Positions 1-8,070 of a stretch of DNA of 38,780 bases are shown here, one piece after another. Position 1 is the first letter of the stretch. The number at the start of each line of letters is the position of its first letter. The DNA comes from a virus (lineage: Duplodnaviria; Caudoviricetes): the IMG/VR virus record IMGVR_UViG_3300027193_000001, positions 1 through 38,780 of that record, one strand, 5' to 3'. The notes beneath the pieces were generated by a model. The model did no database searches, had not been told where the DNA came from, and was given only the letters and a program-made list of their open reading frames with translations. The position numbers were made by a program, and so were the translations under genes.

Positions 1-127
1 AAGCTATGCTAGGTTGTATTGGCGAAGATAACCGGATACGAGATAATTATATGTATCACGGGGCGTCCACCGGGCGATGGTCGGGGAAGAATGTTCAGTT
101 TCAAAACCTTCCCCGTGGAAAAATTAA
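1..127. repeat. Terminal overlap, identical to 38654-38780 (circular assembly k-mer overlap)
   Basis: AAGCTATGCTAGG...GGAAAAATTAA is seen at both ends. It is 127 nt long, lies inside the polymerase ORF, and the reading frame is continuous across the junction. Confidence 0.97.
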
Positions 128-1079
128 AGACATGGATACCGCGGTGGATATGCTTAAGCTAGGAAGCTCGGAGATGATAGAAGCTTGCTACGATACAGGT
201 ATTATGGATTTCTTATCGTCCGCAATACGCGGAATGATTGTGGCACCTAAAGGAAAACAACTATATGTAGCCGATTATGCAGCTATCGAGGCAAGAGGAG
301 TCGCATGGATTTCCGGTCAAGATGATTTGCTAAATGATTTTAGAAGCGGTGGCAAAATTTACGAGAAGCAAGCTGCGTTCACTTATGGAAAACCTGTTGA
401 GGAAATTGGCAAGGACAGTATCGAAAGGCTCGTTGGTAAGACGTTGGTGCTAGCTTGCGGCTATGGTATGGGGGCGAGTAAGTTTCAAATGACTTGTGCC
501 AGCCAAAAGATTGAACTAGATTTAGATTTTTGTGAAAAGGCAGTTAAATCATACCGTGGTAAAAACTCGATGATCGTCGCCCAATGGTACGCACAGGAGA
601 ATGCGGCGATATTGGCAGTCCGCACAGGGAGACCGATAACTGAAGGCAAGGTTACCTGGTTTGTACACGGGGATTTCCTATACTGCAAGTTGCCGAGTAA
701 AAGATGTCTTGCGTATTATAAACCAAGCATAAAAGAAGCTACTACCTCGTGGGGTTCAGTTAGAGAACAGCTGCATATCACGGGGGAGAAGACAATTGAG
801 ACACGTAAGGTATGGTGTGAATACAGCATATACGGCGGGTTAATCGTGGAGAACATTGTCCAAGCAATTTGTCGCGACCTAGTTGCGTATGGCATGATTG
901 CTGTGCAAAAAGCAGGTTACGATGTAATAATGCACTCCCACGATGAATTGATTGCAGAAGCACCCCTAGGCTTCGGGTCTAATGAAGAGTACGAACACCT
1001 GATGTGCAGTACTCCTGAATGGGCTGAGGGCTTCCCAGTTAAGTCAGAAGGCTGGGTAGGAAAACGATATAAGAAATAA
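6..1079 (+). CDS. polA: Family A DNA polymerase, C-terminal polymerase domain (continues from 37768; ~654 aa in total)
   Basis: Motifs TGRWSG/QNLPR, A (ADYAAIEAR), B (RLVGKTLVLACGYG) and C (HSHDEL); in frame with the 37768 ORF across the overlap. Confidence 0.95.
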   Translation: MLGCIGEDNRIRDNYMYHGASTGRWSGKNVQFQNLPRGKIKDMDTAVDMLKLGSSEMIEACYDTGIMDFLSSAIRGMIVAPKGKQLYVADYAAIEARGVAWISGQDDLLNDFRSGGKIYEKQAAFTYGKPVEEIGKDSIERLVGKTLVLACGYGMGASKFQMTCASQKIELDLDFCEKAVKSYRGKNSMIVAQWYAQENAAILAVRTGRPITEGKVTWFVHGDFLYCKLPSKRCLAYYKPSIKEATTSWGSVREQLHITGEKTIETRKVWCEYSIYGGLIVENIVQAICRDLVAYGMIAVQKAGYDVIMHSHDELIAEAPLGFGSNEEYEHLMCSTPEWAEGFPVKSEGWVGKRYKK

Positions 1080-1094
1080 TTTTTTAATAACAAT

Positions 1095-1424
1095 ATGAGC
1101 TTAGAAAACGAAAGCAGAGTATACTGCGAAATCGCAAAGATACGGAATGAGCGGAAGCAATTGCATGGTGAAGCTGAGTCCAATTTCCAAATGGTAGCGG
1201 ACGTGTGGTCTGCGTATACCGGGGCGAAGATAACCCGCGAAGATGTCGGGTTTATGATGTCTATGCTTAAAGCGTGTAGGCACAAAGGCGGGGATAAGCA
1301 TAACCTAGACAATTTTGTTGATGGTGCCAATTACATTGCATTAGCAGGGGATATGGCTAAAACGGGGGAAAAGATAGGTCGTGACAATTTGTCACGAACT
1401 GAAAATAATTTAATCATAGAATAA
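1095..1424 (+). CDS. DUF6378-like phage protein
   Basis: Pattern HG..ESNF..VA..WS.Y...DV..MM..LK..R...DN.VD.A.Y.ALAG is typical of DUF6378. Confidence 0.75.
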   Translation: MSLENESRVYCEIAKIRNERKQLHGEAESNFQMVADVWSAYTGAKITREDVGFMMSMLKACRHKGGDKHNLDNFVDGANYIALAGDMAKTGEKIGRDNLSRTENNLIIE

Positions 1425-1425
1425 T

Positions 1426-1638
1426 ATGGATTGGTTTGATGAGTGTGTTGCAAAAGCTAAACGCAACAGTGGGTGCTACGAGGAAATGAAAATCCGTGAA
1501 ACTTACAGGTGTTCCCGTTGCGGAAATTTTTTTAGCACCAAGGTACTTGGAAGATTTACTAAAAAAACGTATTTGAAGGGTAAGATTTTTTGTTCGCAAA
1601 AATGTTTATCCGCCGCAAGTTATGAACCAAAAAATTAA
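1426..1638 (+). CDS. Small Zn-finger protein
   Basis: CSRC...FCSQKC motifs; tightly packed in the operon. Confidence 0.6.
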   Translation: MDWFDECVAKAKRNSGCYEEMKIRETYRCSRCGNFFSTKVLGRFTKKTYLKGKIFCSQKCLSAASYEPKN

Positions 1639-1651
1639 ATAAATATACATT

Positions 1652-2125
1652 ATGAGTGCGAGTTTTTTAGCCCTAGATTTAGGCACAACAACGGGGTGGG
1701 CAGTCGGGGATTGGTATTTTCAAACACATATCGCTAGTGGGTCAGTTAGTTTGAAGCCTTCACGGTTCCAATCGCATGGGCAACGCTTCGTAGAGTTCAG
1801 GAACCACATAGCTAAGCTCCACACAAAACACGCCTTCGGGTATTGTTTCTACGAGGAAGTCAGGAAGCATATCGGGACTGACGCAGCCCACATATATGGA
1901 GGTTTCGTAGCCACACTCCAATCTTGGTGTATCGAGAATAATATACCATACGAAGGCACACCAGTAGGCACGATTAAAAAGCATATAACCGGTAAAGGGA
2001 ACGCAGGCAAAGAAGACGTAATAATGTCTGTCAAAACAAAACTCGGAATATTCCCAAAAGATGACAACGAAGCAGACGCGATAGCTCTATGCGATTACCA
2101 TTTGCAAAACAGTAATGAATCGTGA
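1652..2125 (+). CDS. ruvC: RuvC-like Holliday junction resolvase (phage type)
   Basis: LALDLGTTTGWA, YEEV, IKKHITGKGNA.K and DDNEADA acidic catalytic pattern. Confidence 0.85.
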   Translation: MSASFLALDLGTTTGWAVGDWYFQTHIASGSVSLKPSRFQSHGQRFVEFRNHIAKLHTKHAFGYCFYEEVRKHIGTDAAHIYGGFVATLQSWCIENNIPYEGTPVGTIKKHITGKGNAGKEDVIMSVKTKLGIFPKDDNEADAIALCDYHLQNSNES

Positions 2126-2419
2126 TTACGGGCGGTTATATTGCTCACTGATTTGATAACGTTTCAGTATTTCCAACAGGATTAAATAGTTTTGGGTATC
2201 CTTAGCGTATTCCTCGGGGAGCATGCAAACCACAGGCGTCTTAGGCGAATTTAGCAAGTAACACCTGTCGTGGGTAATTAGGTTAGGTTTCGCCAATTTA
2301 GGAACGCTAAATTCAAGCGGAGGTTTATCGACCAATTTCCCCTTGGAAAATCCAGTGAAGTCAGAACCTGAGCAAGCGGCTAACGAGATTAAAGTCCCGA
2401 TGGTTATTATTTTTCGCAT
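2126..2419 (-). CDS. o-spanin (Rz1-like lipoprotein)
   Basis: Signal peptide with lipobox LAAC, Pro-rich body, last gene of the lysis cassette, overlaps the i-spanin end. Confidence 0.7.
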   Translation of the reverse strand: MRKIITIGTLISLAACSGSDFTGFSKGKLVDKPPLEFSVPKLAKPNLITHDRCYLLNSPKTPVVCMLPEEYAKDTQNYLILLEILKRYQISEQYNRP

Positions 2420-2766
2420 AATTCGTAGTTTAAAAAATTCTCTATTCGGCAGTTAATTTCGTCAATCATAGTGTCTTTGATTGCCGCTCCCCCATCAGTA
2501 GCCTGCGATTTCTCGATGTCAGTCTTGATAGCAAACGAGCGAGCCTGTGTTTTTTGGATTTTAGCGGAAGCCTCCGAGTGTTTCCGGATAACTTGGGCTT
2601 GTTGTCTAAGAAGCACTTCATTATCCGAAGCTTCTTTCTTCCGCAAGGCTTCGATGACGGATAGGTTCTTATAATTCACAATAGCTTGGTAGGATAGATA
2701 TCCGACCACGGATATGGTAAAAATCAATACCGGATAAATTAAAGCTTTGAAATTTATAGCTGTCAT
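2407..2766 (-). CDS. i-spanin (Rz-like)
   Basis: One N-terminal TM helix followed by a coiled coil with C-terminal Cys; directly downstream of the endolysin. Confidence 0.7.
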   Translation of the reverse strand: MTAINFKALIYPVLIFTISVVGYLSYQAIVNYKNLSVIEALRKKEASDNEVLLRQQAQVIRKHSEASAKIQKTQARSFAIKTDIEKSQATDGGAAIKDTMIDEINCRIENFLNYELCEK

Positions 2767-3197
2767 ATTTTTAATGTTGAAAAGAGAATGTCGAGTTTAT
2801 TTGGTGCGGGGTTAGAAGTACTAGGCACAAATATACGTTTCCCGCTGGCAGGTGTGACACATTGCAGATGACACCAACCATTGGTCCATTTAGGGTGTTC
2901 TAGGAATAAACCGCATGATTCAAGCACGTGGGGACTACCAACGCAAAAACTGTCTAACGCACTATCAGTATCTACGAAGTCGCAGGCTAAACATTGAATA
3001 TGGTTAGAACGCTTAGCCCCGCCCGCGGCAGAATTGAACCCGCTAGGGCGATAACCCGAAGACACTACCATAGGTTTGCCGTATATATTTTGGAATTTAT
3101 TTAAGCACGCCAACAATTTCTCTAAATTAGAAACTAACTTAGGCGATAGTGGGTGCGTAGCGTCCCTACCCATGAGGATTTCATTTTTGGTAATCAT
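2763..3197 (-). CDS. Endolysin, peptidase M15 family (Zn-dependent; likely start MITKNE)
   Basis: SSGYR, SxHxxxxAxD (SNHIQCLACD) and WCH zinc-ligand motifs. Confidence 0.88.
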   Translation of the reverse strand: MITKNEILMGRDATHPLSPKLVSNLEKLLACLNKFQNIYGKPMVVSSGYRPSGFNSAAGGAKRSNHIQCLACDFVDTDSALDSFCVGSPHVLESCGLFLEHPKWTNGWCHLQCVTPASGKRIFVPSTSNPAPNKLDILFSTLKI

Positions 3198-3519
3198 ACT
3201 CCGAAGGCTTAGTTTTTTGGAGGGTCCCGTCATACATTAGCCCAACAGTGGTTTCAAGACGCACCACACTTTGGGATAGACTGCTCGTCGTTGATTGGAG
3301 TTTGTCGATTGTAGTATTAATATGATTGAAAATGAAAGTCAAAAGGAAAGCTAGAATTACCATGAAAGCACTCGACACGATTGCCACAGGTTTCCAATGG
3401 CTAGCCATTACCTCTTTGCATGTCTTAGCAGTCCAAATTTTGAACTTGTATTCGAACTCTTTTGAGTCTAAAAATTCTTTGAGAACATCTAGGACTTCGT
3501 GTTTTTCAGGAGCTTCCAT
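3181..3519 (-). CDS. Single-TM coiled-coil protein, holin candidate
   Basis: One long hydrophobic helix followed by a heptad stretch; overlaps the endolysin start. Confidence 0.5.
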   Translation of the reverse strand: MEAPEKHEVLDVLKEFLDSKEFEYKFKIWTAKTCKEVMASHWKPVAIVSSAFMVILAFLLTFIFNHINTTIDKLQSTTSSLSQSVVRLETTVGLMYDGTLQKTKPSEYDYQK

Positions 3520-3527
3520 ATCAAATA

Positions 3528-4217
3528 TTAATTAGGGTTTCGAAATTTGTTAAAAGTACGGAAGCAGTTATTGAATACCGACCACTTCATACCGACCATA
3601 GGACGGATACAAGACAATTCAACGTAAGGTATTTTGTGAAAAGTCAAGTTATTTGATAACGGGAAGGGTCGCTCAACGAGAACACCCTTAGAGTATTTGA
3701 ACTCTGTACCGTCAGTGATTAGCGAACAGTGTCCATAAGGTGCGGTAACCAAAGCACAAATAGTCCCAGTAATATTTCGTGGGCGTTTGTATGTCAGGAA
3801 AGAGCCGGAGGGGGAGTACTCGACGTGTTTCTCCCGGAGGCTTTCTGATAAATACCGGTACAAAACAGGTATCAGCACACACACAAAAATGGTAGAGGTA
3901 GCATAAAACATCGTGGGGTTGAAAGTTAGTAGACAGTATTCAGCGATAGCAAATACGTTAAACACCAAGATGGCGAACGCAAGGGTGCGTAATTTGAACT
4001 CACAAGGCTTGCATAACAACAAACAGACTAGCGGGAGCAAAGAAGATTCCATTAGCTGGGAGATATTAAATACAACCCAAGCAAATTCCTCAGAAAATAC
4101 GCGAAAACTAACGAGGGTATTGCCAAATTTGATAAGCAGTATCAGGGTCAGTAACCTTGCTATTAAGGAGACTTTTCTTCGGCGGGGATTTCTTCGGGGG
4201 TTCAGATGGTTCAGCAC
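3528..4217 (-). CDS. 4-TM membrane protein with a C-terminal permuted papain-like (PPPDE/LRAT-type) domain; GTG start uncertain
   Basis: Four hydrophobic segments, then YGHCSLITDGTEFKYS ... WSVFNNCFRTF (His before NC). Confidence 0.6.
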   Translation of the reverse strand: MLNHLNPRRNPRRRKVSLIARLLTLILLIKFGNTLVSFRVFSEEFAWVVFNISQLMESSLLPLVCLLLCKPCEFKLRTLAFAILVFNVFAIAEYCLLTFNPTMFYATSTIFVCVLIPVLYRYLSESLREKHVEYSPSGSFLTYKRPRNITGTICALVTAPYGHCSLITDGTEFKYSKGVLVERPFPLSNNLTFHKIPYVELSCIRPMVGMKWSVFNNCFRTFNKFRNPN

Positions 4218-4317
4218 GTTTCTTCTTAATAATGGTAATCAAAGAATCTCGCATTACGGACTTCCTAGCGTCTTTCAGTCTCTGAGGTTCGTTTTGCGGT
4301 GGAGAGGGAAGTGACAT
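4108..4317 (-). CDS. Small Pro/Lys-rich protein (69 aa)
   Basis: ATG 9 nt after the fibre gene stop with the genome-typical TTTATG context; overlaps the next ORF by 110 nt. Confidence 0.5.
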   Translation of the reverse strand: MSLPSPPQNEPQRLKDARKSVMRDSLITIIKKKRAEPSEPPKKSPPKKSLLNSKVTDPDTAYQIWQYPR

Positions 4318-4326
4318 AAATATTTA

Positions 4327-4995
4327 TTAAATTCCTGCGTAAATGAATGTATTTCCAAGAAATATTGTTGGCTGCATGTTGTTGTGTGAACCTCCTCCGC
4401 CTGTTGATGATGTTATTGCATGTAGGGCTGTACTCGTTGATGACTGCACATTAATATTCCCAGCCACCGTGGTTGAGCTAGACCCGAATGATAAGTTGTT
4501 ATTTATGCTAGCAGTACCATCGATGTGATTATGCAATGGCATTTGGGCGACGGTTAAAGTGTGAGTTTCAGCCCCAACAACCTGCCCAGGAGTTCGATTT
4601 GATAAACCCGAACCTTGACCAATTGAACCATTAACCCTGCCTAGACAATTTGGCAGTAAGAATGTTGTTGAGCCGTCGCCTGCACCAAATGCAGTGCCAA
4701 TTATTGCAAAAAGTGCGGAATAAACCGTTCGTGAAACTGCCTGTCCATTACATATAAGCCACCTGCCGTGATTCGCACTTTGAAGCGAGTGTTTGAAATC
4801 GCCTGTATAACATGGGGTTCCGCCCGCTGAATCGAGAGCCAACACACTAGGTTTGTTGGCTAGGTCGTTGTAACTCCCTGACAAACCCACAGCTGAAATC
4901 GTAGGTTTGTTGGCTAGGTCGTTGTAACTCCCTGAGGTAGCAACCTCCGCAAGGGAAGCTAAGAAAGTCCTAAGGTATTGGGATATATTTGACAT
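4327..4995 (-). CDS. Short tail fibre with tail-collar domain (fibre B)
   Basis: WLICNGQAVSRTVYSALFAIIGT.FG.GDGSTTF.LP collar motif; GAETHTLT..QMP.HNH...HNNMQP tip. Confidence 0.9.
   Translation of the reverse strand: MSNISQYLRTFLASLAEVATSGSYNDLANKPTISAVGLSGSYNDLANKPSVLALDSAGGTPCYTGDFKHSLQSANHGRWLICNGQAVSRTVYSALFAIIGTAFGAGDGSTTFLLPNCLGRVNGSIGQGSGLSNRTPGQVVGAETHTLTVAQMPLHNHIDGTASINNNLSFGSSSTTVAGNINVQSSTSTALHAITSSTGGGGSHNNMQPTIFLGNTFIYAGI
4848..4935. repeat. 34-bp direct repeat x2 (4848-4881, 4902-4935) encoding SGSYNDLANKP fibre shaft repeats
   Basis: TAGGTTTGTTGGCTAGGTCGTTGTAACTCCCTGA occurs twice with a 54-nt period. Confidence 0.95.
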
Positions 4996-5011
4996 ATTAT
5001 TATATTTTAGA

Positions 5012-5638
5012 TTACCAGTATTTTACATCGAGAATGTCTATGTTTAGCAAGCTTTCGAGGTCAGCACAATTCTTAACTAAATCGCACAATACATTTGACT
5101 TAGCTCGCACACCGTTAATGTAAGAAAGGCAGGTGTTATTATCCCGCAGCACACGTTTTTCGGTGGCTGAAAGTGTGTATTTAGTACCCGATTTAAACGC
5201 AACTAATTCGCTATTGATTATAGCCACAGCTTCCCCGAGCATGTTATTTTGAGCGTGCTGAGGATATTTAGTCAGTATCAACTCAGAAGCTTTCGCATTA
5301 ATCTTGCTTACCTTTATCGCCAACACCTCAGGCAGGGTTAACCCCTCGTATATGTCACGGGGCTTAACAGTCCTTAAATCCGACAATTTTGTCTCATATT
5401 GCGGGACATTTTTGGTTAGACTAACCAATTGTTCCCGTAACTTATCGGGGATACCGGATATTGTCTCATCAGAAAATTTAATGCACTGCCGCTGGGTCTT
5501 ATCCGAGCAACATTCAATCTCTTCGTAATCAGCAGGGAAAGACACCGCTGGCTCCAATATAGCGAACTCCGCTAAGGAGCAGTAGAAGTTTCCAATTCGC
5601 ACGCTGTCATTTTGGCGGTTCATGAATATTTTTAGCAT
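5012..5638 (-). CDS. Putative tail fibre assembly chaperone (DUF4376-like C-terminus)
   Basis: Lies between two fibre genes; helical C-terminus (KVSKINAKA..I...YP...Q.N...VRAKSN.L...V....D...L..I...W). Confidence 0.6.
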   Translation of the reverse strand: MLKIFMNRQNDSVRIGNFYCSLAEFAILEPAVSFPADYEEIECCSDKTQRQCIKFSDETISGIPDKLREQLVSLTKNVPQYETKLSDLRTVKPRDIYEGLTLPEVLAIKVSKINAKASELILTKYPQHAQNNMLGEAVAIINSELVAFKSGTKYTLSATEKRVLRDNNTCLSYINGVRAKSNVLCDLVKNCADLESLLNIDILDVKYW

Positions 5639-5659
5639 ATATTATTTATAAAATTAAGG

Positions 5660-6307
5660 TTATACTTGGACATTGCAATAGATGAACATATTTCCGATAA
5701 ACAGAGTAGGCTGCATAATGTTAAGGGCTTGACCACTACCAGTAAGCTCGGTATCCCGACCGGAAGCCACGTTTCGTACAGCCCCATCAGTATTATTCAG
5801 CACCCTATCAGTAGAGGAACCTGAGCCGATACCCGAGCCGGAGTCGGATAGAATACTGTGTCTATGGGAAGGCAATTGTGCAGTTGTCAGCGTATGCGTT
5901 TCGGCACCAACAAACTGACCCAAAGTCCGGTTTGAAAGTCCTGACCGCTGCCCGATAGTACCAGGTACGCAGCTCATACCATTAGGCAATGTGAATGTGG
6001 TCGAACCATCACCCACCCCAAAAGAAGTTCCGATTTCGGCAAATAACGCTGAATACGTTGTGCGTGAGACAGTCTGCCCGTTACATAAAAGCCACATGCC
6101 GTGATTCGCGGATTTAGCATTGAATTTATAGTCACCCACAGTGTTGGGGTTAGATGGAAGGTTGAGTAAGAGTGCTGCGTCGAGAGCGGGAAGTCCCCCT
6201 CCGCTGTTTAGCTGCACCACCTTATTAGCCCCAGTACCTACATTTAGGAAAGCTGCACTCCCTAACGAGGCGATAAAAGTTGCAAAAAACTTCGGTATGT
6301 TTGCCAT
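5660..6307 (-). CDS. Short tail fibre with tail-collar domain (fibre A; likely start MANIPK)
   Basis: LGSAA.LNVGTGAN.V.QL...G.LPA.D shaft motif, collar motif, HRH tip. Confidence 0.9.
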   Translation of the reverse strand: MANIPKFFATFIASLGSAAFLNVGTGANKVVQLNSGGGLPALDAALLLNLPSNPNTVGDYKFNAKSANHGMWLLCNGQTVSRTTYSALFAEIGTSFGVGDGSTTFTLPNGMSCVPGTIGQRSGLSNRTLGQFVGAETHTLTTAQLPSHRHSILSDSGSGIGSGSSTDRVLNNTDGAVRNVASGRDTELTGSGQALNIMQPTLFIGNMFIYCNVQV

Positions 6308-6379
6308 AAATGTATTTATAATTGTAATATCCCGATCGCCGCACACTCTAAAATATGCGGCGATTTGCAAAAGTCAATA

Positions 6380-7228
6380 TTAATCTTTTACGAACCAGTC
6401 GGTAGTTGAATGCTCATATATGAACTCAACGTACTCCCCCGCTTGGAGGACTATGGTAGCTGAACCACCAACGGTATCTGCGTCAGAACCAATCACAGTC
6501 ACAGTTTTGGTGCTAGAAGATTTATTAAGCACGAAGTGAGCCTGCCCGTCATCGGAAGCACCTACGGAAGGTAATGTCAGTGTAATATTCGCAGCAGTGA
6601 TGTTGCAGAATACTTTACTTTCCGATTTAATTAGCGTACCGGTTGCCGTCTTTTTCACCCAGTTCTTCGGGGTACTAGCGATAGTAGCGGCAACATAAGC
6701 TTTGGTAGCTGACACTGAACCTGCTTGGTCTGTCTCCTCGCCATTGAAGTTACCAATAACCGAAGCAGCCTTAGCTCTTGCGGCGGTGAAGTATAGGTTA
6801 GAAACCCCTTCATCAACCCTATCGGAAGTATCATTGTCGACGTTGAGAAACACTGAGAAATCAATATCAAGAGACTCGTCTTCGTATGTCTTTTCCCAGT
6901 CGGAGTTAGTTAACCCGGATTTAAGGATATACCCAGCACTACCAAGGGATACCGATGTATCCGCTGTTGCGTCGAGTACATGCACCCTCAGCCCCTCGAA
7001 CCTATCTCCCGAAATAATAGCGTTACGGGCTGTTATATCCGCCGCAACCTTAGAAGATTTTGCGATTGAAGGAAGCCTCCCCAGTGGGACATACCCATCA
7101 GAACCAAGTGGACACAACCCATCAGCAGCCCCCTTTTGGTTTTCGATAGCCTCTATGCGAGTTTTCGTTTCGGCGAAGTTTTGCTTAACACCCTGTGGTA
7201 TATTTTTGTTTGAGAAGTCAAAAGACAT
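6380..7228 (-). CDS. Tail fibre/adaptor protein with a C-terminal gp10-like module
   Basis: KGAADG.CPL..DG.VP..RLP and EG.SNLYFT.ARA fibre motifs; C-terminal ITLTLPSVG..DDG module. Confidence 0.75.
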   Translation of the reverse strand: MSFDFSNKNIPQGVKQNFAETKTRIEAIENQKGAADGLCPLGSDGYVPLGRLPSIAKSSKVAADITARNAIISGDRFEGLRVHVLDATADTSVSLGSAGYILKSGLTNSDWEKTYEDESLDIDFSVFLNVDNDTSDRVDEGVSNLYFTAARAKAASVIGNFNGEETDQAGSVSATKAYVAATIASTPKNWVKKTATGTLIKSESKVFCNITAANITLTLPSVGASDDGQAHFVLNKSSSTKTVTVIGSDADTVGGSATIVLQAGEYVEFIYEHSTTDWFVKD

Positions 7229-7294
7229 AAATCGTGTAAAAAGTTAAAATAAGTTTTTTAGGTTTTAGCTTCCCCAAGCATACTCCCCGAAGGG

Positions 7295-7657
7295 CTATAT
7301 TCCGTTTATGATTTTCCACACACCATTATCTTTGTCTAAGACTAACGCAATCCCGGTTTTTGGTGCTAGTACAAATGGGTTAGCTTCATCGATTGCTCCG
7401 TCTTGAAAGTCCGCCAAGTTGATATTATACGAAGCATTCATATTCACAAATTTGTATGTGTTATTCGAAGGCACAGTGTCCTTATCCGGAAGCTCATACG
7501 TAATATTAGCAGTAGCTTCCCTAGAAGCTACAAAAGTTTCGGTGATACTTATGACGGAAGACTGCTCTTTGAATACGAATGTGCTACCTTGAATGGAGGT
7601 TAAAGAACCGGAGGAAGGGTCAGCAAACCCCACGGCGGTAATAGGTAGGAATCCCAT
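7295..7657 (-). CDS. Small beta-rich tail protein (stand-alone gp10-like module)
   Basis: NITYELP...YKFVN...L......W pattern resembles the neighbours' C-termini. Confidence 0.55.
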   Translation of the reverse strand: MGFLPITAVGFADPSSGSLTSIQGSTFVFKEQSSVISITETFVASREATANITYELPDKDTVPSNNTYKFVNMNASYNINLADFQDGAIDEANPFVLAPKTGIALVLDKDNGVWKIINGI

Positions 7658-7662
7658 AAATG

Positions 7663-8010
7663 TTAAAAATAAGTTAGCCCCACTTCGAGATTGATATCCG
7701 AACTCGGGGTAGTATTGATTTTGAATTTTATTGACTCAGCACCCCTCCCGTCTACATATGGAGAGCAAGGCATAATTTTACCCTGGACAATTTCGATAGC
7801 AGCATTCGCACTATTTGCAGGGCTGTATAATGGGTACCAAACCTCAGGATTCACTTTTGACTGAATGTGCATTTCAAGTTTAGAACCCAAAGGGACATTA
7901 TCTGCTGTGGCGATATACGCAATCCCTAGGTCAGTACCCCACGGAATGGTAATCTTATCGCTGAACTGTTCGCCAGCCAAGATTTTAAGTGTTTTTAGCC
8001 CATTAGCCAT
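7663..8010 (-). CDS. Hypothetical beta-sandwich virion protein
   Basis: Full ORF within the fibre cluster, downstream of a promoter-like site. Confidence 0.6.
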   Translation of the reverse strand: MANGLKTLKILAGEQFSDKITIPWGTDLGIAYIATADNVPLGSKLEMHIQSKVNPEVWYPLYSPANSANAAIEIVQGKIMPCSPYVDGRGAESIKFKINTTPSSDINLEVGLTYF

Positions 8011-8037
8011 ATCAGTATATTAATTTTTACTAGTGAT

Positions 8038-8065
8038 ATTTTACACCCCCTGTAATAATAGTCAA
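8038..8065 (-). promoter_or_regulatory. Sigma70-like promoter TTGACT-N16-TAAAAT for the accessory fibre/lysis genes
   Basis: Read on the minus strand in the 60-nt intergenic gap; contains a TTACA-N5-TGTAA palindrome. Confidence 0.6.
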
Positions 8066-8070
8066 GAGAA

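Noticed and set aside
4327-6307. DGR or invertible tail-fibre switch (the genome is BPP-1-like)
   Set aside because: No reverse transcriptase or invertase; both fibre genes are intact, in the same orientation, and differ at all base types rather than only adenines.
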